Shown: positions 53,151-64,000 of the stretch, piece after piece | Layout: each line of letters opens with the position of its first letter | How positions within the stretch are numbered: the first letter of the stretch is position 1 | Assembly: GCF_006345805.1 (NCBI RefSeq) | Contig: NC_043000.1 | Coordinates: forward strand, 117,056,001 to 117,120,000 | Length of the DNA: 64,000 bases | Reading direction: 5' to 3' | From: Octopus sinensis | Lineage: Eukaryota | Made by a program: the position numbers and the translations under genes | The notes under the pieces: model-generated | Databases searched by the model: none | Told to the model about the DNA's origin: nothing | What the model saw: only the letters and a program-made list of their open reading frames with translations

Positions 53151-53550
53151 CTACAAAATGGGACAACAAAACATCCAGATAGACGATACAAAAAACAAGG
53201 ATGGGTCATTCCAAGCTTTCTATCCTCAGTCAAGAAACGGATCATCCTCGCAATTTCGGCTAATTAATCTTGAGATTGCTCTACACTGGCCAGCCCAAAG
53301 AAAAACTAAGCTAAGAACATTAGATTCTTTGGAAGAAAGCATCGAATGTATACAAAAACAAGGACGGAAAAACAGACGATGTTACACGAATATAAATACA
53401 AAATACAATATATATATATATATGTAAAAAATACAAACTGGGACAAGAACGCAAAACATTTAGAAGACGATACAAAAAACACGGACGGGACATTCGAAGC
53501 CTTCAATCTTCAGTCAAGAACCGGATCATCCTTGTCATTTCGGCTGATTA
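53145..53550. repeat. Two diverged direct copies of a ~120-bp repeat segment
   Basis: ..gacgatacaaaaaac..cagtcaagaa.cggatcatcct..atttcggct at about 53150-53270 and 53425-53550. Confidence 0.7.
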
Positions 53551-54182
53551 TGTCAACATAACGAGGCAGTCCTGTAAAGAACGATGTTACTGTTGTTTTA
53601 GTCGCGTCGCAAGAAAACATCTTTTCCAGCTGGCTAGCGACACACTGTCTGTGTCCGTATTTAGTAATTCCAAGTGGAGTCGTCATTGCTCCCATTTCTA
53701 GCCTTACGTGTTACCCACAGACCTAGGTTTCTGATTGTTATCCGTCCTCAGTGTGAGACAATCACCAGCTAGTGACGAAAGCTATCTCCACTCGCAAATA
53801 CTATATATTCTTTAAGCGACACACAGTTGCTGATCCCGTATGGAGAAAAACATGTTTTAAATCTCTGAGCGAGAGAAATACAGTAACAGTACCGGACAGT
53901 AATGTTCATATGCCAATATAACGTGACAGTCCTATAAAGGACGATGTTACCCTGGAAATAGCTTTCGTCACTAGCTGGTGATTGTTTCACAGTGAGGGCG
54001 GTTACCATTCAGAAACCTAGATCTGTGAGTATCACGTAAGGATAGAGATGAGAGCGATAACCTCCTTTGCAAATGCTATATACGGACACAGAGTGTCGTT
54101 AGCCAGCTGGGAAAGATGTTTTCCTGGGGCTAAAACAACAATAACATCGCCTTTTACAGGACTGCCACGTTATGTTGGCATA
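53549..54182. repeat. Fold-back element: ~240-bp inverted arms plus a 42-bp partial direct copy
   Basis: Arms 53549-53790 / 53953-54182; partial copy at 53909-53950. Confidence 0.9.
53714..53757 (-). ncRNA. Type-I hammerhead ribozyme, intact core
   Basis: CUCACA-CUGAGGA-CGGAUAACAAUCA-GAAA-CCUAGG-UC-UGUGGG. Helix II is weak. The mirror copy at 53987-54028 has a broken core (GUGAGGG). Confidence 0.7.
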
Positions 54183-54224
54183 TAAATATTACTATTATTA
54201 TGTTGGCATATAAATATTACTATA

Positions 54225-54605
54225 GGCGTAGGAGTGGCCGTGTGGTAAGTAGATTGCTTACGAACCACATGGTTCCGGGTTCAGTCCCACTGCGTGGCAC
54301 CTTGGGCAAGTGTCTTTTACTATAGCCTCGGGCCGACCAAAGCCTTGTGAGTGGATTTGGTAGACGGAAACTGAAAGAAGCCCGTCGAATATATGTATAT
54401 GTATATATATGTGTGTGTGTGTCTGTCCCCCAACATCGCTTGACAACCGATGGTGGTGTGTTTATGTACCCGTAACTTAGCCGTTCGGAAAAAGAGACCG
54501 ATAGAATAAGTAGTAGGCTTACAAAGAATAAGACCCGGGGTCGATTTGCTCAGCCAAATAACTGAAACAAGTAGAAGAGTAAAAGAGTAAAAGAGTAAAA
54601 GAGTA
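54225..54605 (+). mobile_element. tRNA-derived SINE family B, near full-length
   Basis: ggcgtaggagtggccgtgtggtaag head, gggttcagtcc box B, internal (TA/TG) tract, (agagtaaa)n tail. Confidence 0.9.
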
Positions 54606-54677
54606 TCCCGTACTGTTTCTGTATTTTTGTCGCTCAGAGATTTAAAACACACACATATATATATACATAGACATAAG

Positions 54678-54708
<31 letters not shown>

Positions 54709-54722
54709 ATATATATATATAT

Positions 54723-54765
<43 letters not shown>

Positions 54766-54809
54766 TACATAGGGTGTGTAATATATATATATGTATTGGA
54801 TTGTATTGG

Positions 54810-55939
54810 CCCTTTCTGTCTCGGGAGACAATGGAGTTGCGCATGTTTTTATTTTTTGTTTTTTTTTGTAGTCTAGTCCGGCTTTTATATTTCATGTCCT
54901 GATACATTTCCTGCTGTGGCTGTGTAGTCCTATCCTGTGTAGTCCTATCCTGGCAGGTACCGCAAATGTAGCGAAGACTGTTCCTTGCTGGTTGTAGTGC
55001 CATAGTCTCTTGTTTACGTCTCTTCCTTTCTTTCCATTTCTCCTCTCTCTCTCTGTCACTCTTTTGTATTCCCTCTTTTACTGTACGTCGCCATTCTCCA
55101 CGGTTGCCGGCAACTGCCTCCCAACCGCTAATATTGATGTTGCAGGCCTTCATATCCCTTTTGCAAACATCCCTGTAACGTAAGATCGGTCTACCCACAG
55201 ACCTAGTACCCTAGCAAGCTCTCCGTAGAGTATGTCCTTGGGGATTCTGCCATCTTTCATACGGCTAACATGCCCAAGCCATCTCATACGTCTTGTGGGG
55301 GGAGTGCAAACATGCTTGGTATTCCTGCTTGCCTGAGGACATCTTTGTTGGGGATATGATTCTGCCATTTGATGCGGAGGATTTTTCGGAGGCAGCGCAG
55401 GTGAAAGATGTTTAGGCGACGCTCTTGGCGTGTGTATAGCGTCCAGGTCTCGCTTCCATACAGTAGAGTTCTGAGTACACATGCCTGGTGGATCTTCATT
55501 TTCGTGGTCTTGGTCAGCTTATTGTTGTCCCAAGCCCGTTTGGAGAGTTGGGCCATCGCAGCAGCTGCCTTGCCAATGCGTATATTGAGCTCAGCGTCAA
55601 GGGATAGGTTGTAGGTGACGGTAGAGCCCAGATAGGTAAACTTCTCCACCTCTTGTAATCTGTGGTCTCCAATATGTATGTTTGGGATGTCCGATGTAGC
55701 CTGGCCCATGATGTTGGTCTTCTTAAGGCTGATAGCAAGCCAAAGTCGTTACATGCTTGCTCAAAACAGTTAATGAGCCTTTGGAGGGCTTCTTCTGTTG
55801 TGTTACCAGAGCGGCATCATCAGCAAATAACATCTCCTTGATCAGGACGTTTCTGATTTTGGTCTTGGCACGCAGGCGCGAGAGATTGAACAGTTTCTCG
55901 TCACTTCTACTGTGCAGAAACACTCCATCATCTGATGTC

Positions 55940-55942
<3 letters not shown>
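54810..55942 (-). mobile_element. RTE-clade LINE, 5'-truncated
   Basis: LFNLSRLRAKTK..LFADDAAL, FTYLGS, LLYGSETW, RWLGHVSRM.DGRIPKDILYGEL. Confidence 0.9.
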
Positions 55943-55989
<47 letters not shown>

Positions 55990-56189
55990 ATACATACGTG
56001 TGTGTATATACATAATTATATTGTGTGTGTGTGTGTGTCAGGTGTGTGTGTTTGTGTGTGTGTGTGTGTGTGTAAATTCTAACAGTAAAGTGTAAAGCTA
56101 ATTCTATTTCTTGTGTATTTTTAATCTTTTGCGTTTTACTTGCTTCAGTCATTGGGCTGCGGCCATGCTGGGACTTCGCTTTGAAGAGT

Positions 56190-57149
56190 TTAGTCAAACA
56201 ATCCGATTCCAGGACTTATTTGGTGAAGTCTGGTACTCAAGCTGCGTTGAATGGGCAGGTGCGTTGTCATGGTGCAATTACCACACACCAGACGCAAAAC
56301 GTTACGGTTGTACTCCTTGTTTACTGTCTGACCAGGTGGAGCATGTTCATGATGAACAATCCCCTTGTAGTCGAAGGAAACGGTCAACAGTGTTTTCATA
56401 TTGCTTCGACTCATTTGTGCTGTCTTCGTTCTCGGAGAGGTTGGGGGCTTCCAATGCGAATACTGAGCCTTAGTTTCGGGGTCACTTGTTATGACCGCTT
56501 TCAAAAAGTTTTCATCGTTCTCAACACAATCAAGGAGATCTTGTGCAACTGAAACCCGAGTGTATTTTGGGGGGTGAGGGATCAGTTGAAACCAGTTTGG
56601 GCACAAACTTAACAGACGCGCGTCTCATACTCAAATTTTCGGGGATAATGGACTGAACTGAACCGTAACTGATCTGCACATCCTCTGATATCTCACGGAT
56701 GGTGATTCGACGATTTACCCTCACAGCTGCATGTTCATCTGCGATATTTTTCTCAGTTCTGCTGGTTGCGGGTTTCCCAGAATGTTCGTCACTATTAACA
56801 TTTTTCGGCCATCATGGAAACGTCTGAACCACTCGTACGCTTGTGTGCGGCTCATACACTCCTCTTCACACACTTTCTGCAACTTTGCATGGGCTTCTGA
56901 GCAGGTATCCGCCAAGATTTGGGCAAAATTTGATGCAGATTCTCAGCTCAACGTTCTCTGTCATGGTCAACGGGACGATCACACGATACACACGTTCCTT
57001 CCAAGCACCGTTGTAAACGGCGAAGATAAACTAGAACGTTAAAACTTAGTACGCATGCACAGCAGAGTTCACGGTCAATCTATTCCAAGCGACTTTGCTC
57101 TGCGTGCTTTAGCTTCGTTACAATACGGATACTTATTGATCAGACCACA
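56190..57149 (-). mobile_element. mariner transposon, 3'-truncated and decayed
   Basis: TIR ggtctgatcaataagtatccg; RICIKF..MSRTQAYEWFRRF, RITIREISED, KFVPKL, TLLTVSFDYKGIVHHE. Confidence 0.85.
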
Positions 57150-57323
57150 TATTCAGTAATTTCTTTTAAACTAGTTCACTTGAGATATTTATATTTTAAT
57201 GGGTATATTTTTTTCATTTCTGTCATTTTATCCAGTCTCTAAATTATCTTTAAAAGTAGAATCCGATATGTTCATTTGAGAGATTGTGTGCAAGTGTGTA
57301 TGTATGTGTGTATGCGTGTGTGT

Positions 57324-57371
<48 letters not shown>

Positions 57372-57525
57372 TTGCCTCAAGACAATGTCTTGGTTTTAAA
57401 TATTCTATATTTTAATTTCCGATAAACTTTATTATATTTTAATAATATATATGCACTTGTTTTATCTTGGTACATATCTTAATTTCTGGCTTTCTTTCAC
57501 CTTTTCTTTTCACATTAAAGATATC

Positions 57526-57751
57526 TAAGGCGGCGAGCTGGCAAAAACGTTAGCACGCCGGGAGAAATGCTTAGCGGTATTTCGCCTGCCGTTACGTTCT
57601 GAGTTCAAATTCCGCCGAGATCGACTTTGCCTTTCATCCTTTCGGGGTCGATAAATTAAGTACCAGTCACGCACTGGGGTCGATGTAATCGACTTAATCC
57701 GTTTGTCTGTCCTTGTTTGTCCTCTCTATGTTTAGCCCCTTCTAGGCAATA
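57526..57751 (+). mobile_element. SINE family A monomer
   Basis: Full head-core-tail A followed by (TA)n. Confidence 0.9.
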
Positions 57752-57754
57752 AAG

Positions 57755-57798
<44 letters not shown>

Positions 57799-57849
57799 TT
57801 TTATTCGTTTCAGAACTTATCCTTTGTAAACGTAGTAATAATTCCACAG

Positions 57850-57979
57850 GTTTCGTTTGCCGAACCGCTAAGTTACGGGAAGCGAACGCGCTAGCAGCTG
57901 TTGTCAAGCGATCGTGGTAGGGGAACAAACACAGACACTCAACCACTCACGCACACATACACACATACACACACACCAC

Positions 57980-58049
<70 letters not shown>

Positions 58050-58178
58050 TGTGTGTGTGTGTGTGTTGTGTGTTGTATATATATATATATATATATACAT
58101 GCATATGCATATATATACAACTGGCTTCTTTCAGTTTCCCTCTACCAAATCCACTCACAAGGCTTTGGTCGGCCCAAG
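57850..58178 (-). mobile_element. SINE family B, partial
   Basis: Central domain ttcagtttccctctaccaaatccactcacaaggctttggtcggccc. Confidence 0.75.
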
Positions 58179-58184
58179 GTTCAG

Positions 58185-58772
58185 GGCGTGCTAACGTTGA
58201 AGAAACGTTAGCACGCCGGGCGAAATGCGTAGCAGTATTTCGTCTGCCGTTACGTTCTAAGTTCAAATTCCGCCGAGGTCGACTTTGCTTTTCATCCTTT
58301 CGGGGTCGAGAAATTAAGTACCAGCTACGCACAGGGGTCGATACAATCGACTTAATCCGTCTGTCTGTCCTTGTTTGTCCTCTCTGTGTTTAGCCCCTTG
58401 TGGGTAGTAAAGAAATAGGTATTTCGTCTGCAGTTGCGTTCTGAGTTCAAATTCCGCTTACGTCAACTTTGCTTTTCATCCTTCCGGGGTCGATTAAATA
58501 AGTACCAGTTACGCACTGGGGTCGACATAATCGACTTAATCCGTCTGTCTGTCCTCGTTTGTCCCCTCTGTGTTTAGCCCCTTGTTGGTAGTAAAGAAAT
58601 AGGCATTTCTTCTGTCTGCATGTTCTGAGTTCAAATTTCGCCGACGTCGACTTTGCCATTCATCCTTTCGGGGTCGATAAATTAAGTACTTGTTGAATAC
58701 TGAGGTCGATCTAATCGACTGGCTCTCTCCCACCAAAACATTTCAGGTCTTGTGCCAAGATTAGAAAAGAAT
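58185..58772 (+). mobile_element. SINE family A trimer: partial head + 2 x tail A + tail B
   Basis: Junctions near 58418 and 58600; last unit ends ..cttgtgccaagattagaaaagaat. Confidence 0.9.
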
Positions 58773-59708
58773 ATATTTTTCTCTCTTTCGTTCTTCTTTA
58801 TTTCTGTCTTACTCTTTCTTTATATACAGAGCGCAAAGACACACACTCATGCATACTACCTCCCACTCTCACACACTGGTACACACTACATCTCTCTCAA
58901 ACATCAGTATTTCTTTCTTTTTTTCTTTCTTTCTTCCTTTCTTTCTTTTATAGGTCTTTGTTTTTGTAAATACTGTTGTTTCCTTCCGGATATTAATTTC
59001 TACTTCTACAAATGCGCTGTTTCCTTCCGTTGTGACACTTAAAAATTTAAACAGTCCGTTTGATTAGTTCATACGTTAATTGCAGAGTATTATGACTAAT
59101 TCTCTATTCTATTGCTTAATTTTTTTTTTTCGCTTTCTGTAATTTCAGGCAATTAAGTGTTATAATTTGTCTTTTAGATATGAAATGAATGTTAAATTGC
59201 AGCATTCAGGTAATTATTTATTTATCCTGTTGCAACATTCACAACACATTCACACTGTGTATATTTATACATTAAATTCAAATTCTGAAATTTACGCTCA
59301 TAACATGAAATTACTGATATGGTACTGTCTGAGTAGTTATAGTTCCGATTACATAATATCTTAATTTAATGAAAAACTTTTAGTTTAATAAAATTGATTT
59401 ATATTTTAAATTTTATCCTTAGCACTAAAACGCAACAAATTAAAGTGCAAAATATTTGAATTACATTTTGAAATATAAAAAAAAAAGTTAGTTTCAGGCT
59501 TTTAAAAATAATTGCACATTTTCAACTTAATTCCTGGTAGAAATTCCGTGTCTGTTCTATAAAAAATTGTGTCTCTGCAGTTAGTCATATCTTTTGCTAG
59601 TTAATCGCTTCAGAAAATATAAAAACTAAAATCGTAAAAAAAAATATTTAAGAAATGTGCATCTAGCTATCAGACACCAAGCCAAGAGGTTGGTAGTTCA
59701 GATCCTTT

Positions 59709-60125
59709 AAGGTGGCGAGCTGGTGGAAACGTTAGCACACCGGGCGAAATGCTTAGTGGTATTTCGTCTGCCGATACATTCTGAGTTCAAATTCCGCCGA
59801 GGTCGACTTTGCCTTTCATCCTTTCGGGGTCGATTAAATAAGTACCAGTTACGCACTGGGGTCGATGTAATCGACTTAATACCTATGTCTGTCTTTGTTT
59901 GTCCCCTCTGTGTTTAGCCCCTTGTGGGTAATAAAGAAATAGGTATTTCGTCTGCGGTTACGTTCTGAGTTCAAATTCCGCCGACGTCGACTTTGCCTTT
60001 CATCCTTTCGGGGTCGATTAAATAAGTACCAGCTACGCACTGGGGTCGATGTAATCGACTTAATCCGTTTATCTGTCCTTGTTTGTCTTCTCTGTGTTTA
60101 GCCCCTTGTGGGTAGCAAAGAAATA
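59709..60125 (+). mobile_element. SINE family A dimer
   Basis: 17-bp TSD ggtagttcagatccttt at 59692-59708 and 60126-60142. Confidence 0.9.
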
Positions 60126-60566
60126 GGTAGTTCAGATCCTTTCACTTTCACTGTGGTTTTGTGGTAGTAGCAAAGATCACTCTGGAATTTGTCAGTCCGT
60201 CCGGATGTAAATAGGTATTGTAATTTAACTGAACGATGTGCAATTAAAATTGCTGCTTGTAGATATTCCAGTGGCAAGATAACAACGCGTTCCAGAGTTG
60301 CACTTTGAATATATTGGGTTGTCAGATTCGATTTTTTTTCAATTCATTTTAAACGTTTCCGATGCTAATAGAATTAGCACGAAAAATATTTTCGTTGTAT
60401 TTCTTTATGGTTCTTTTTCTCCTTTTGTAGCTCCATTCTTCCTCTGCAAATTTTGTCTATCGTTTTTAAATTTTGAATATATTTTGAATAAATTTCACCT
60501 CTTTTCAGACTATAAGGATGAAGTGCCAAATAGGAAAAACGAACGAATATATCTCTCAGCCCAGCA

Positions 60567-60848
60567 TTTCAACCTGACCTTTTAATCTCTACTTGACTAT
60601 ATAGTGGAGGCGCAATGGCCTAGTGGTTAGGGCAACGGACTCGCAGTCGTAGGATCACGGTTTCAACCTGACCTTTTAATCTCTACTTGACTATATAGTG
60701 GAGGCGCAATGGCCTAGTGGTTAGGGCAACGGACTCGCGGTCGTAGGATCACGGTTTCAACCAGACCTTTTAATCTCTACTTGACTATATAGTGGAGGCG
60801 CAATGGCCTAGTGGTTAGGGCAACGGACTCGCGGTCGTAAGATTGCGG
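60567..60848 (+). repeat. 3 x 94-bp tandem repeat containing the SINE family C tRNA-like head
   Basis: Units start at 60567, 60661 and 60755. Confidence 0.9.
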
Positions 60849-60992
60849 TTTCGACCCCAGGGCGTAACTGGTACTTTATTTATCGACCCTGAAAGGATGA
60901 AAGGCAAAGTCGATCTCGGCGGAATTTGAACTCAGAACGTGACGAAATACGGCTACGCATTTCACCCGGCCTGCTAACGTTTCTGCCAGCTC
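60849..60992 (-). mobile_element. SINE family A head and core, tail-less
   Basis: Reverse complement of the head and core, fused to the third tandem unit. Confidence 0.8.
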
Positions 60993-61163
60993 AATATATT
61001 AATGAATTCAAAAAACTTTGAAATACTTTCTTTTTGCTCGACACTAAAAGTTTCTAAGACGGACGGAGAAATTTGAAAGGTATGTTTGGTGATGTGATAG
61101 AACACTTCTGAAGTTCACAGGGGATGTAGGTTGGTGTCTTGCTGACAGCCTTTTTTTGTTTCT

Positions 61164-61246
<83 letters not shown>

Positions 61247-61248
<2 letters not shown>

Positions 61249-62489
61249 GAGTGAGAGAGCAGTGCATGCCATCAAAGTGACACTGGTGTAAAATATACGA
61301 AGCTCAGTATACCCATCATGACTACCCGTCTGATAAGGGAACACAAGGCACATGTGCGCGACATGGATGATCTCATATCAAGATAAACAGCACATGACCT
61401 TGCAGGAGGGGCCCAGTTAGAATTTTCTTCTGGTCGAGTAACCCATCCCGCTCAAAAGGTCCCGGAATAAGAGTTGTTTAAGGATGTTGAACGAAACACC
61501 CATGTTTCCAGAGGTGAATTATTCAAACCCCAAAGAATCCCTCTCAACACACGGCTATGATGCTCTCCCGCTAATTCTGCTTGTGATCAGAGATGCACAT
61601 ATCGTCAGCTACTAAAGAACATGCTCAACTGGTTACGGTCAAACAACTGACAAGCAAATCTGTGGTATTGGTCAGAATATTTGCTGTTATCATATCATAT
61701 TGTCTTTTATACCAAGACAATATGATATACATGATAACACTTCCAATCAGTTAAAGTCAGAAGCCATAAGAACCACTGCTTGGTACTGCATCAGACATGC
61801 CTCGTATCGTCAGCCACTAGGGGACATGTTCAACTGGTTAAGGTCAAACAACTGACAAGCAAATCTGTGCTATTGAGCAGAATATTTGCTGTAGCCCATC
61901 TTTTATACCAAGAGAAAACAATGTACATGATAACACTTCCAATCAATTATTATTATTATTACTATTAATATCATCATCATTATTGTTGTTATTATTATTA
62001 TTATTGAGTGAGAGAGCAGTTCATGCCATCAAAGTGACACTGGGGTAAAATATACAAAGCCCAATATACCCATCATGACTACCCGTCTGATAAGGGTACA
62101 CCAGGCACATGCATCACAACCATATGTGCGCGACATGGTGATCTCATATCAAGATAAACAGCACATGACCTTGCAGGTGGGGCCCAGTTAGAATTTTCTT
62201 CAGGTTGAGTAGCCCATCCCGCTCAAACGGTCCCTGAATAAGGGTTGTTAAGGATGTTGAAAGAACCCCATGTTTCAGAGGTGAACTATTCAAACCCCAA
62301 AGAATCCCTCTCAACACATGGCTATGATGCTCCCCCACTACTTCTGATCGTGATCAGAGATGCACATATCGTCAGCCACTAAGGGACATGCTCAACTGGT
62401 TAAGGTCAAACAACTGACAAGCAAATCTGTGGTATTGAGCAGAATATTTGCTGTAGCCCATCTTTTATACCAAGACAAAACAATGTACA

Positions 62490-62490
<1 letters not shown>
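61247..62490. repeat. Unclassified interspersed repeat: two ~500-bp copies plus a partial copy, embedded in (TTA)n
   Basis: Copies start ttgagtgagagagcag at 61247 and about 62004; partial copy at about 61800-61945. Confidence 0.75.
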
Positions 62491-62549
<59 letters not shown>

Positions 62550-62707
62550 ATTTTATTATTATTATTATTAAGCAAGTATTTACATGCTATTATTTATAGC
62601 TTTAAGATTTATAGCTTCGAGATTTATTATCCCCACCCACCAAAAAAAATTATTATTTCACGTTCTCAAAGTTTCTGAATTTTTGTGACGTCAACAACTA
62701 AACTGAC

Positions 62708-62778
62708 CGTGATTAATTGACATAGTTAATGATGACTTCAACTCGTTATCCATCATGCTGAAAATCTGCAGCGATGAC
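62708..62778 (-). CDS. Candidate first coding exon (MMDNELKSSLTMSINH)
   Basis: Acceptor cattttag|; ATG at 62756; donor CACG|gtcagt, phase 1. Confidence 0.25.
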
Positions 62779-63458
62779 CTAAAATGATTTTGCATAAATA
62801 CGTGTACAGAGTTAAATGAAAGAAACGATGTTATATACGGACATAAGCAGCATCAGGTTTAAAAAGTTATAATTTAATACTCTTGGGATTCATCTATCTT
62901 AAAACAGCAGACAAAAAGCGTAATTTCCACTCCATCTTAATTTTCCAACTCATCATTGACTGACAATTTAGAATAAAATACCGTTTAAATGGAAATTGAC
63001 GTTTACTTCATAAAATTAAAAATTTGAAATTCTATGGGTTCTTCTCGAGTTCTCCTATTTCATCATTGTCTCTAACTTGTTATAAATTATTTTGACAATG
63101 TAACTATAGTTTTAAAAATTCAATTAATCAACTTGATTAACTAAATTTTTGAAAACTATATTTTCTTAAAATTCTTCTCACACTCTTCTTGAGTAAGGCT
63201 TATTTGATCGATTTTATATTAGATTTTAGCTAAAAAAATTTTTTCCGTTTGTAGGAGTGATGATTTCCACAAAGCTTTCAACTTTTCTCACTTTATTGGG
63301 ACTGATTCAGTCGATGCTCTACCGAGTGAATCAATCTGAATCAACAGAACAACAACCACAAGAACAATATAGATATAGTCATAAACGAGTATCTCACCCG
63401 AATGCATCTAAATTTCCCTAACGTCGAGTAGCATGTTAGCCCTACTCTCTCTGTCTAT

Positions 63459-63869
63459 TTTACTCTTTTACTTGTTTGGGTCATTTGACTGCGTTCATGC
63501 TAGAGCACCACCTTTAGTCGAGCAAATCGACCCCAGGACTTATTCTTTGTAAGCCTAGTACTTATTCTATTGGTCTCTTTTGCCGAACCGCTAAGTGACG
63601 GAGACGTAAACACACCAGCATCGGTTGTCAAGGGATGTTTGAGGGACAAACACAGACATACAAACATATACAGACATATACATATATATATATATACATA
63701 TATATACGACGGGCTTCTTTCAGTTTCCGTCTACCAAATCCACTCACAAGGCTTTGGTCGGCCCGAGACTATAGTAGAAGACACTTACCCAAGGTGCCAC
63801 GTAGTGGGACTGAACCCAGAACCATGTAGTTGGTAAGCAAGCTACTTACCACATAACCACTCCTACGCC
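63459..63869 (-). mobile_element. tRNA-derived SINE family B, full-length
   Basis: Reverse complement of the 54225-54605 type. Confidence 0.9.
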
Positions 63870-64000
63870 TACCAACATGAAATTTTACATTTTGTCAACA
63901 AAAAAGTAATTAATAAATAATAAATAAATTCAACGAAGCCGTTCACTTCATTATAATCCTTATTAGTTCTTGATGCCATGGTATATACAGAATATCAAAT

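Noticed and set aside
53200-53520. CUGAGGA and CUGAAGA on the minus strand at about 53225 and 53508
   Set aside because: No GAAA or helix III at the correct spacing; not a convincing hammerhead.
60300-60496. Minus-strand frame LKRGEIYSKYIQ.. after a good acceptor
   Set aside because: It ends in a stop without a donor, and its phase is incompatible with the candidate exon at 62708.
61595-62380. CUGACGA motifs in the TAA-associated repeat
   Set aside because: Followed by GAAG/GAAU rather than GAAA, with no helix I or III pairing.

Overview
Repeat-dominated, AT-rich eukaryotic DNA. From recollection the repeat repertoire looks like an Octopus-type cephalopod genome; this is an inference, not a database result. 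There are no prokaryotic features and no confidently identifiable host gene. Most long ORFs in the track are microsatellite artefacts. Supported content: decayed or partial non-LTR retrotransposons (Tx1/L1, CR1-like, RTE, and about nine R4/Dong-like restriction-like-endonuclease copies packed into (TAA)n tracts at 24-34 kb), Tc1/mariner elements (one full-length maT-like), Helitrons, a piggyBac-like fragment and three tRNA-derived SINE families. Two features stand out. (1) Several non-coding elements carry minimal type-I hammerhead ribozyme motifs with a palindromic helix III: three have intact cores, others have a U3-A8 compensatory core. Most sit in fold-back (inverted repeat) structures of up to about 350 bp per arm and have no adjacent Penelope ORF. 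(2) One SINE family shares its last ~43 nt with a Tx1-like LINE and forms head-(core-tail)n arrays that join at a GGTAT site resembling some of its own target sites, which suggests self-targeting. A weak three-exon minus-strand gene model (62.7k, 47.9k, 39.6k) is offered as a hypothesis. All alignments and folds were done by eye; many boundaries are approximate.
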